Assembly: GCA_965645245.1 (NCBI GenBank)
Contig: OZ287085.1
Location: forward strand, 1,730,013-1,750,012
Origin: Massalongia carnosa
Lineage: Eukaryota
Direction: 5' to 3'
Length of the DNA stretch: 20,000 nt
Part shown: positions 10,380 through 20,000 of the stretch, one piece after another
Layout: the number at the start of each line of letters is the position of its first letter
How positions within the stretch are numbered: the stretch's first letter is position 1
Made by a program: the position numbers and the translations under genes
The notes under the pieces: generated by a model
Database searches by the model: none
What the model was told of the DNA's origin: nothing
What the model saw: only the letters and a program-made list of their open reading frames with translations

Positions 10380-10415
10380 CTACGATCGACCAGCCTATTC
10401 ACCTGGTGCATCAAC

Positions 10416-11570
10416 ATGTCTGTCAATCTCACCCCCCCGGCCGAAGTCTCCAACTCCAGCGATCTCAGCATAGCAGTACAAAGGCAACCTCAAGCATGGT
10501 TCGATTTCTTTCTTCGTGTCACCAACTTCTCCTCCAATGCTAGAGAAATTATCGCCACCCTCGAAAGCGATAAAGCAATCGCCCAGTCTTCCCTGGATCA
10601 AGCAAATGTTACCATCTCTGAAAATACTATTACCATGGCTGCTGGTCAGGCAGTTATAGATGAACTTCGATCAAATCTTGCTGAGGCATTCTCTCAGCCC
10701 AATAAGTCGCATCGATCCACTAAAAATCCGGATCCCTCTCTCTTTGGTGGTGACAAAGCAGAACTTCGAGGATGGATGACCCTACTTTGAATAAAGCTTA
10801 ACATCAATAACGACCAACTATCCGACCGAACAGAGTAAGCTGGCTTATGCGCTAGGGCGTTTGAAAGAGAAACTCTGGAACAACTACAACCCTACCTGAC
10901 AGAGAATGGTATTATCGATCTGGTCAACATGGAAACCTTCTATAACAAATTGCAAACAGCTTTCGGAGATCCAGATAGAAAGGGCACAGCACAACGAGAA
11001 CTTCGCCAATTGAGACAAAAGAACAGAGAGTTCTACCTATACCTGTCGGATTATCAACGTCTGGTTCCTGATACGGGCTTTGACGATGAGGCCAAGCGTT
11101 CTATTCTCTTGGACGGCCTCAGTGATGAATTGAAATCCGCTCTGATCACAGTAGACCTACCAAACTCTCTCGACGACACCATCAAAGTCTTACAAAAGAT
11201 TGATAATCGTTATCGTTCCGTTCAGGCCTCGCTCCGCAAACCATTTGCGTCTGGTACCACAGGATCTTCCTCCGCTCACAGTATTCCAACCCCCAAAGCT
11301 TCTTCTGGTAGATCTACTCCCGCTCCTCAACCCACTCCTCCTTCGTCCTCTGAGCCAGACGCAATGGACCTGTCTACCTCTAGACGTCGTGGTCCCATTA
11401 CACCGGCGGAAATATCTCGCCGTATGAACGAAGGGCTGTGTATGTACTGTGGTGGATCCGGACATTTTGCCAATGCATGCCGGGCTTCTAAAGGAAAGTC
11501 TAGGATGAAAACATATGAACTGAGTTCGGTAGCTTCAGAGGAAGAGGAAAAAGCTCAGTCTCTGGCCTAA
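10416..11570 (+). pseudogene. Gypsy gag, disrupted
   Basis: Motifs PDPSLFGGDKAELRGW, FGDPD...LRQLRQ and DAMDLS, plus the knuckle CMYCGGSGHFANAC. Premature TGA at 10788-10790 and frameshift(s) at about 10820-10880. Confidence 0.9.
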
Positions 11571-14500
11571 GTCGTGGTCGGAGACTAGAGTCGAAGGAAG
11601 CTGTATCAATTTCGGCATTCTCCCTGTCCAGAGAGCCTCTATCTGAAGAAGATTTAGATGGAAGGCATCTTGTTGTTTCTCTTGTTGCCTCCATAGGAAC
11701 AATCAAAATCAAGACTTATGCACTGGTTGACTGTGGAGCCTCTGAATATGCCTTTGTTGATTCTTCGTTCGCGCACCAGCATCAAATCCCTCTCACCCTC
11801 ATGAAAAAACCTCGTATCCTTGAACTCGCAGACGGTCGTCCTATATCGTCTGGAAAGCTCACCCACCTTGCCCGCATGAATCTTGCCATCGCTTTACATT
11901 CCGAACCCGCCAACCTTCTCGTCACCAGTCTTGGCCACTATCCCATCATCCTTGGTATTAAGTGGTTACAGATACATGATGTGAGCATAAGATGGGCCAC
12001 GAACTCTCTCATCTTTAACTCGCCTCACTGCCGTCGAAATTGTTTGAACAATTCCGAATCAAACACAGTCGTTGGCAATACTGATGTCCCAGAACTCCGC
12101 GCTGAAAGGCCTCTCGTCGTCGAAAGCAGCACTAGTACGAGTGTTGCTTCATCAAAAAATCCTAGTCCCGAAACGGTTAGATTTAACAGGCCCGGCCGGT
12201 TAAATCAGCGCGTTCAATCAAAAGAGTCCATCCCGGCCACTTCCGTTTCTTCCTTGCCCGTTACGGCTTCTTCCGCTATATCGTCGCTCATCCAGACCCC
12301 GTCTGTTCCGACCATGCCCGTTTCGTTCTCGATTAATAAAAATCCATCCATGAATATTTGTATGCCCGTTTGGCTAAAAAGAGAGAGTGTGAACTCTTTA
12401 CCGTGAACATGAGAGACATTGAGCGTGCCTTGAACCCCAAGCCGGAGATTGATCCCGCTACCGTTCTGCCAGAAGAGTATTATGAATTTCTTGATTTATT
12501 CTCCAAGAAAAGAGCTGATACACTACCTGAACGACGCAGCTATGATCATAAAATCCCGTTGATGGAAGGCAAGGAACCTAGCTATGGCCCTTTGTATGGC
12601 ATGAGTCGTGATAAACTGTTGGTACTACAGAAGTATCTAACAGAAAACCTTAAGAAGGGTTATATTCGTTCCAGTTCTTCGCCTGCTGCGTCCCCGGTGT
12701 TGTTCGTTAAAGAACCAGGCGGAGGCCTGCGTTTTTGTGTTGATTACAGAGCATTAAATGCGATAACGATCAAGAACAGATACCCACTACCTCTGATTAG
12801 AGAGACCTTGGATCGCTTGAGTAAAGCAGTCATCTTTACTAAGTTGGATATTGTTGCGGCTTTCAACCGTCTTCGTATGGCCTACGGGGAGGAATGGAAA
12901 ACTGCCTTTCGAACACGCTATGGACTATATGAATATCTCGTTATGCTTTTTGGGCTCTGTGGAGCGCCATCTTCCTTTTAGGAGTACATTAATGATGTAC
13001 TTCGTGAATATCTAGATATCTTCTGTACTGCTTATATTGATGATATATTGATTTACAGCAATTCCTTGAGCGAGCACAATGGTCACGTGAAGAAAGTTCT
13101 ACAAGCATTACGAAAAGCAGGACTGCTATTGGACATTTCGAAGTGTGAGCTTCATGTCACGGAAACCACATATTTAGGCATGATAATATCAAAAGATGGT
13201 ATTAAAATGGACCCGAAGAAAATCGAGACCATTCAAAATTGGAACACGCCGGAGAATCTGAAAGATGTACAGGCCTTTATAGGATTCGCCAACTTTTACC
13301 GTCGCTTTGTTAAAGGGTTCTCTCAAATAGCCGGACCATTGACAGCATTATCAAAGAAGAAGATACCGTTTAACTGGACAATCAATTGTGATAAGGCCTT
13401 CAAGAAGATCAAGACAATATTCACTAGTGACGTAGTACTGTTACACTTCGATCCTGATAAAGAAAGCGTTGTGGAATGTGTTAGAATGTACAAATCAGGC
13501 TACTTCATTTCAGCCGCACTCAGCTTTTACCGCACGAGTATGGCGCACGCTAATGGCTAGACGTATCGCTAGTCTAATACTAGCATACCGTACATTGTCT
13601 ATAAATCTAGCTATTCCCACTATATATAACAATAGCAAGCGTTCTATCCTCTATCTATTATACTACCTTTTGATAGAATGTGATTCTTCCGATTATGTCA
13701 ATGCTGGAGTTCTATCTCAACACGATGATAATGGGGTCCTTCGGCCGGTGGCTTTCTTCTCTCGACGACTATCTTCAGCAGAGTGCAATTATGAGGTATA
13801 CGACAAAGAACTCCTAGCAATAATACGGTCGTTTGAGGAATGGAGGCCAGAACTACAAGGATCGGCCTATCCCATAAAGGTAATCACAGATCATAAGAAC
13901 TTGGAGTATTTCAGCACGACCAAACTATTGAGCAGACGACAGGCACGATGGTCAGAGTTTCTGTCACGTTTCGACTTCAAGATAACGTATCGGCGAGGAA
14001 AGTTAGGCGCTAAACCAGACGCGCTAACTAGAAGATCAGGAGATCTTCCTAAGGAAGGGGACGTGGGACTAGAATATCAGCATCAGGTGGTACTAAAACC
14101 ACATAATTTTGAACTACACAATAACAATGTGCCCCGTGTGACCGAGGCCTCTCAACCCGAGCCCGAGATAGCTGTCGAAACTGACCCTGATGACGAAAAA
14201 TCTTTAGAAGAACTTATCACCATAGGATATGAAAACGATCCTTTACCCAACAAAGTCCTAGTCCTTCTTAGAAATGGTATCCGACACAGCAGAGACATCA
14301 CTCTAGCTGAATGCGAAGATAGAAATGGAAGGTTATACTACAAGGAGCGACTGTACGTCCCTGACTGGCATGAATTAAAGATGAGATTATGCAAAAATTA
14401 TCAGGACAGTCCAGTTGCCTGTCATCCAGGTAGATCTAAAACTTTCAGTCTGTTAGCACGAGATTATTACTGGCCAAGATATCATCAGTTCGTCGCCCGC

Positions 14501-14930
14501 TATGTTCAGTATGTTCACGAAGCAAGCCCTCCCATCATGCTAAGTATGGATTCCTCAAGCCACTATCAATACCGGAGCAACGATGGAAAGATATATCCAT
14601 GGAATTCGTTTCTGGCTTACCTGAAAGAGACAACAAGGACATTGTGCTCAGCGTTGTTTGCCGACTCACTAAAATGAAACACTTTATACCTTGTAAAGAA
14701 ACAACTGATGCAAAAACTCTTGCAAAGTTGTATGTCGAAAACATTTGGAAACTTCATGGTCTACCCGACTCCATTGTGTCTGATGAAGGAGGACAATTCG
14801 TAGCCGATTTCTGGAAAGCATTATGCGAACGACTAAAGATTAATAGTCGTCTGTCCACTTCCTTTCATCCAGAAACAGACGGACAAACAGAGCGATACAA
14901 CTCGGTAATGGAACAATATCTTAGAAGCTA
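11519..14930 (+). pseudogene. Gypsy pol (protease, RT, RNase H, integrase), disrupted and truncated
   Basis: Protease ALVDCGAS (~11720), [36 protein letters not shown] (~13030); RNase H VECDSSDY (split by an insertion), YDKELLAI, TDHKNL; integrase IVSDEGGQF, FHPETDGQTER. Frameshifts near 12360 and 14510, and a TAG at 12979. Confidence 0.93.
13479..13675. mobile_element. Solo LTR (197 bp) inserted in gypsy RNase H
   Basis: 5-bp TSD GAATG at 13474-13478 and 13676-13680, ends TG...TA, and an internal TATATATAA. Removing the insert plus one TSD restores GTG GAA TGT GAT TCT TCC GAT TAT (VECDSSDY). Confidence 0.9.
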
Positions 14931-15085
14931 ATCGTCGGCTCGTTTAGCTCCGTTGGATCCGACTAAAAGGCGTTCGTCTTTTAGTCGGGGAAAGCGAAGC
15001 ATCCCGGCAAGCGAAGCATCCTGCCAAAATCAGAAAATTTTCAACTTTTTCAACTTTTCTCAGCAACCACCTTGATTTATTGATT

Positions 15086-17258
15086 CTAAATTTCATGAAA
15101 AGCTCGAAAGGCATCTTCATCATCAAAGCCGTGATTAAAATTATCCCCCTGACCCCCTTGACCCCCCTGATACCCCTGACTATTCTGATCATTCTGATCT
15201 TCCGCATACCACGCATACCCCGCATCTTCCCCATCCCAAGCATCTCCCGGTTCGAAACCTAGATCGAAAGATACGAAATCATCACGCAGCTATGCTTCTT
15301 CTTCTGGAATGTCCGGAATATCTTCATTTCTAGTCCCAGCCTCATCTACAATAAACGTAACGTCTTCTTCATAGTTGGCATTGGCACCGGCACGTAGATT
15401 CGTCCTGGCTTCCTTTTTCTCCTCCTCAGCTATCCACAAATGATTCGTCGCCTTCCATAATGCCTCGGGGTCAGGACTTGTCTCATACATCTCAGCTGGA
15501 ATGGCACCGAATCCTTTCTGCATTTCTTTCAGTCTTTTGACGCGATCTATTTCTGCATTTCGAGCAGCAACCCCCTCGACATGAATGTCGTCTCTTTCAC
15601 CTCGCCATAATCTCATGAAGTTATTGTCCGCCCGTTTCTTCTCAGCCTCCTCTTCCTGTCGAGTTTTTATGGCTATAGCTTCATCCGCATCTTCTTTTGT
15701 AAGTCCCAATTTTCCTGTTTCGGGCTTCAATCGCCTGCGAGATAGTTTCCGACTATGCAACTGTTGCATTCTTGTGTTTTGCCACATTGTCAGTTCTGCC
15801 TCTTCGAGAATCGATTTCGAAACGACTTCGCTAGTATTGGTGACGAAGGACTTAAATTCCTCAGCACGGACAGGATCGCTCCATTTCATGAATTCCTGAA
15901 TTTTAGGACCCCATTCCTGAAAACCATACTCTATATCAGCTATTTCCTGAGGATGAGTTCGACGAGGTAGCAGTGGCAACTTAGGATCAGTCTCGACTAG
16001 ATCAGAGTCAGGATTGAAAACTTTCAAAAGTTTGACGCAATACTTCGGATTAATAGGCCACATTCCCGACTTTTCAAAATCATGTCGAATTGTAGAAGGC
16101 TTGAATGTCTGATTTCTGATTTTGCCGAGATCTTGCAGAAATTGAGTCAAAGAATAATCAATAAATGACTTCGCAACAAATTCCGAAATAGCTTTGTTAT
16201 GCCAATGTTTATAATACCGAAATACGCCTACATCCAATTGTTGCATGAAATGAGTCAAATGCGGAATAAATGGAAAGGGACGAACCCGATTCTCATTAGC
16301 CAATTTGACATAATTCAGGGGTTATATGACTGCCATGATTATCTATCAGCAGCAATTTCTAATCCGCATCAGGTCCGCAATCTGTGTGCTTGATGAGATG
16401 CTGCAGATATTCAATCCCTATCTTATCAGATGTAAAACCACTGTTCGAAGGTACGATACGTGTGCCCTGCGGCAAATCTTCTGAAAACTAGGTAGCCATG
16501 ATTTCATGCCCTTGTATGATAATCATGGGAGGGGGGGGGAAATCGCCGGCGGCATTTATTGTCTACATGATGGTCGCAGATCTGCGGTTTTCCGGGCTAA
16601 CAGCGTAAAATTGTCTGATATCTGGGGGAAGTAGAACTTCCTGCCCCTTCATGCAGCCGATACGAAACCCCGCCTCATCGAAATTCAGAATGTTTCGTCG
16701 ATGACGAATTTCCAATTCTTCTAAAACAAGCTTATAATTTTCAAACCATTGCATCAAAACTGATTCGTGGGCTGCTTCAAAACGTGTCATTGGTAATGGT
16801 TTTGTCTTTATTTTATGAAGACCGCTACTTTTCCACCAACTCTGAAACCATCTTTGAGATTGACCTACGAAGGCAGGATCATGAGCTCTCTTCAGACTTT
16901 CAATTGCATTGAAAACAATCTGATGTGTAGGCGGAATTCCATGTGCCAATAAAGATCGAATAATATGATCAAGAGCTCTGATTTCATGATTCTTCATCAT
17001 CCGATTTTGTACTCCCTTTTTCGTTCTAGAATTCCGTCGAATAGAGGCCGTCAATGTTTTGACATTGAGGCCAAAAATTATCGCTGCCATTGTCTTGCTT
17101 TCGGATAGATGTTCCTCCAAAAATTCCTTCGCCTCTTCCAATGAGGTGAGGGGGGTGAAGTGGGCGGCGTTTGATCGACAATGGTTGGTTTGGCAGACTG
17201 AAAATGCGACGAAAGTTAAATGTTGGAAATGCGACGGAGGCGATACAGTGCTGCAAAT
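15086..17258 (-). pseudogene. pogo/Fot1-like (Tc1-mariner superfamily) DDD transposase, disrupted
   Basis: N-terminal HTH-like region (AAIIFGLNVKTL; SQRWFQSW) and catalytic motifs NFDEAGFRIG, LLLIDNHGSHIT (~16320-16355) and HFMQQLDVGVF. Stops at 16563 and 15290, with frameshifts at the G-run 16531-16539 and near 16305. The true start codon is uncertain (~17090-17150). Confidence 0.9.
15146..15244. repeat. Degenerate 9-bp tandem repeat, 11 units
   Basis: CCCCTGACC CCCTTGACC CCCCTGATA CCCCTGACT ATTCTGATC ATTCTGATC TTCCGCATA CCACGCATA CCCCGCATC TTCCCCATC CCAAGCATC. Confidence 0.8.
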
Positions 17259-17742
17259 TGTCATGAAATGCCTCCGACCTCACCACGTGCCTTTATCACG
17301 TGCCTTGATCTGATGACTACTCACGGACGTCGTGCCATGCCTTCGGGACCCTCATATCATTCTTCGAATTCGCCGATTACTGATCATTAATCAACCTCGC
17401 ATTGATGATTTATTCCCGTCTTTCGACTATTATCATGTCTAATAGCTTCGCATTGATGTTTGACATCATGTCTCCTCGCTGACCCCATCGTGCTTATTGC
17501 CGCTATAATGCCCCTCATTCATCATCGCACTGACTAGACATCATTCGCCGCCACCCTAGAAAGATGAATATAGGAAGACAAAGATATAAGAAAGAAGTCG
17601 AATCATGGAAGTTCTGATTCTTTGTCGAACGTCTTGAATAGCCAACCTAGCCTAGCGTAGATTCATAGCTATAGACTCAATCAATAAGCTTGACCATCAA
17701 CCCACCTTGCCTTTGCCCTTGCCCTCGACCTGATTTCGTGAC
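17259..17742. repeat. LTR (484 bp) without TSD
   Basis: TGTCATGAAAT...ATTTCGTGACA (10/11 inverted repeat). The right end falls exactly where the gypsy RT coding sequence begins abruptly. The flanks CAAAT and GCTGG differ. Confidence 0.78.
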
Positions 17743-19636
17743 AGCTGGCTGCCACATCGCTTCCTTGATCGACTTGTTTTCAGGATATGACCAAATGGAA
17801 CTCGATATTTATAGTCGAGACATGACCGCCTTCATGACACCAATAGGACTATTGCGAATGACATCTATACCAATGGGAGCTACCAATTCGGTTGCACAGT
17901 TCGTACGGGTAGTGACAAAGATACTGCAGGACCACATTTCGAACCGTGCTAAACCTTTCCTTGATGACATCGGAGTAAAGGGGCCGAAGACTGATTATGG
18001 TGGTGAAGAAGTGGCACCGGGCATCAGAAAGTACGTGCTTGAACATCTCATGTGGCTAGATGGGGTACTCGCGGACATAGAAAGCGCTGAATGCACTATC
18101 TCCGGAGAAAAGTCGCAATTTTGCATGGCCGGTCTGAAGATAGTAGGATTTGTGACCGACTCCGATGGTAGACATCCGGACACCGCTAAGGTTATCAAAA
18201 TTCTAGAGTGGCCGATATGCACCGACGCTTCTTCCGCTCGTGCTTTTATAGGTGTGTGTGTGTACTATCGCATATGGATATTGGACTTTGCCATTGTTGC
18301 TGAACCAATATATCGTCTGCTGAAGAAAGATGCTGCTTTTGTATAGGGCATGGAACAAACCGAGGCAATAGACTTGCTGAAGATAGCTCTGATATCTCCG
18401 CCAGCACTAAAGACTATTGACTATAACGAGCTAGCTGGACTTATCATATTGGCTGTGGATGCGAGTTTGAAAGGATGGGGCACTGCACTGATGCAAATCT
18501 TTGATGGCAAGCGTCACCCCGTTCGGTACGAAAGCGGAGTATGGAGCGAGGTGGAACAGCGATATGATGCAACCAAGCGAGAGTGTCGAGGCGATCTAAA
18601 GGCATTGAAAAAGACAAGGCATTGGCTATATGGAGTTCACTTTGTGTTGAAGACAGACGCCAACGTCCTAGTGGCGCAATTGAATGGAGCTTGTACCGAT
18701 TTGCCTGGTGCTCTGATAGTCCGATAGATAGCATGGATACGACTTTTTGACTTCGAGGTCAAACATGTTGCTGGCCGAAAACATACGGCAGCAGATGGAC
18801 TGTCTAGACGACCTCATACTGAGGAAGAAATTCGGGCCGAACAGCAGGAGCAAGATATAGACGACTTCATAGATGCCGAACTGAATTCACTAAGGGCCTG
18901 TCCAATTTCCGTTAACTCCGCAGACGAGGTGCCAGACGAAAAAGTGCTAAAGGCCGGCTATAGTGATAAGTCCGAGAGAATCGCTGCATTTCTAACATCA
19001 CTACAAAAGCCGGTTAGACTAAACCGCAAAGAGTTTAGAGCATTTAAGAGCGAGGCCTTGCGCTATCGAGTACAAGATTACCATCTTTATAGACGAAACA
19101 GCAAGAACGTACCTTCCAGGAGAGTGATAGACTCCGATGAGCGGAAGTTGGAAATATTGAAACAGCTGCATGACGAAAGTGGACATAGAAGCAGAGAGGG
19201 CACATACAGACGCATAGCAGACAGGTACTGGTGGGAATAATTGCACGATGATGTAAAAGGCTATGTTATGTTCGGTCCTGCGAGGAATGTCAGAATCGTG
19301 ACCCCACTAGGCTCGAGGAAGCACTTCATCCGACATGGGTTACCTTCATGTGGCAGAAGGTTGGCTTAGACGTGGTCCATATGCCAGCTTGTCGAGGCAA
19401 GCACTATATTGTTATGGCCAGAGATGACTTTTCCGGATGGGTCGAGGGTAGAGCACTAGGAAAAGCTACCGCTCAGAATGTCGCGAGACTCTTGTGGGAA
19501 GATGTTATATACAGAGATGGGTGCTTCGGAAAACTGATAGTTGATGGTGGACCAGAAAACAAAGATGCTGTTATCGAATTAGCAAATCGATATGGTATCA
19601 AAAGAGTAGTTGTTTCTGCCTATCATCCGCAAGCCA
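17743..19636 (+). pseudogene. Second Ty3/gypsy pol fragment (RT-RNase H-integrase), a different family from the first, truncated at both ends
   Basis: IDLFSGYDQ, TAFMTPIG, PMGATNS, PFLDDIGVKGP; RNase H LAVDAS, YDATKREC, ADGLSRR; integrase LHDESGH...CEEC, LDVVHMP, VDGGPEN, SAYHPQA. Stops at 18344, 18725 and 19238, and a frameshift near 19270. Confidence 0.93.
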
Positions 19637-19834
19637 TGATGTCGGAATCCGGGGTAAAGGTTAGAACACAAGTGGTGGATTTTTTCGGCGCAATCGATCG
19701 GCAAGGACTTCAATCATTATTCTCATTCAGTCGTTAACCATTGTAAGCGTTGTTGGTTGAGTTGTGATGATTCAAAGAGGAGAAGTCATGTCACAAAAGT
19801 CTGCCGGAGCACCATACCGTGCTAACCGAATTCG

Positions 19835-20000
19835 GGGTTAGGGTTAGGGTTAGGGTTAGGGTTAGGGTTAGGGTTAGGGTTAGGGTTAGGGTTAGGGTTA
19901 GGGTTAGGGTTAGGGTTAGGGTTAGGGTTAGGGTTAGGGTTAGGGTTAGGGTTAGGGTTAGGGTTAGGGTTAGGGTTAGGGTTAGGGTTAGGGTTAGGGT
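19835..20000 (+). repeat. Telomeric repeat (TTAGGG)n, 27 perfect copies to the window end
   Basis: Perfect hexamer array with the G-rich strand running 5'->3' toward the end of the sequence, as expected for a right chromosome end. Confidence 0.98.

Larger units (their letters stand above)
10089..14930 (+). mobile_element. Ty3/gypsy LTR retrotransposon (Tf1/MAGGY-like), 3'-truncated
   Basis: 5' LTR, gag, then PR-RT-RH-IN order. It ends in the integrase core at YLRS, with no 3' LTR in the window. Confidence 0.93.

Noticed and set aside
14944..15262. ORFs with RGM/RGI or PLT/PRI tripeptide repeats
   Set aside because: They are alternative-frame readings of the 9-bp repeat. The frame continuous with the transposase is more plausible.
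14931..17258. Terminal inverted repeats for the pogo-like element
   Set aside because: No convincing reverse-complement match between 14931-14960 and the 17200-17258 region. Only a short direct repeat AAATGCGACG (about 17202 and 17227) and weak low-complexity similarity were seen.
10089..17742. Pairing LTR 10089-10379 with LTR 17259-17742 as the two ends of one element
   Set aside because: They share only the generic TGTCA...TGACA termini. Lengths (291 vs 484 bp) and internal sequences differ, and the flanks (CCATG / GCTGG) are not a TSD.
14850..19636. Both gypsy integrases are truncated near the same HPxTDG motif
   Set aside because: The breakpoints are about 17 codons apart and adjoin unrelated sequences. 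With two cases, coincidence is sufficient.

Overview
This window is the last 20 kb of a fungal chromosome arm, ending in about 27 TTAGGG telomere repeats (19835-20000). No ordinary host gene is recognisable; it is almost entirely nested, decayed transposable elements. From left to right: (1) the 5' part of a minus-strand Ty1/copia element (gag-protease, Ty5-type PBS, LTR 1377-1715); (2) an LTR (1750-2157) with an adjacent T-rich tract, into which a solo LTR (2212-2434, TSD TTATT) and a full-length Tad1-like LINE (2473-7739, 12-bp TSD, ORF1 open, ORF2 broken) inserted; (3) about 2 kb of unassigned sequence containing a degenerate ORF; (4) a Ty3/gypsy element (5' LTR 10089-10379, gag, -1 frameshift pol) interrupted by a solo LTR and truncated in the integrase; (5) a pogo/Fot1-like transposase pseudogene on the minus strand; (6) an LTR without TSD joining two unrelated elements; (7) a second gypsy pol fragment; (8) a ~200-bp unassigned spacer; (9) the telomere. 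The elements show no obvious RIP signature, which would fit a RIP-deficient fungus such as a powdery mildew (inference only). I found no firm evidence for a new biological system. The best leads are the telomere junction structure, the unassigned 8.0-10.1 kb ORF region, and the open LINE ORF1.
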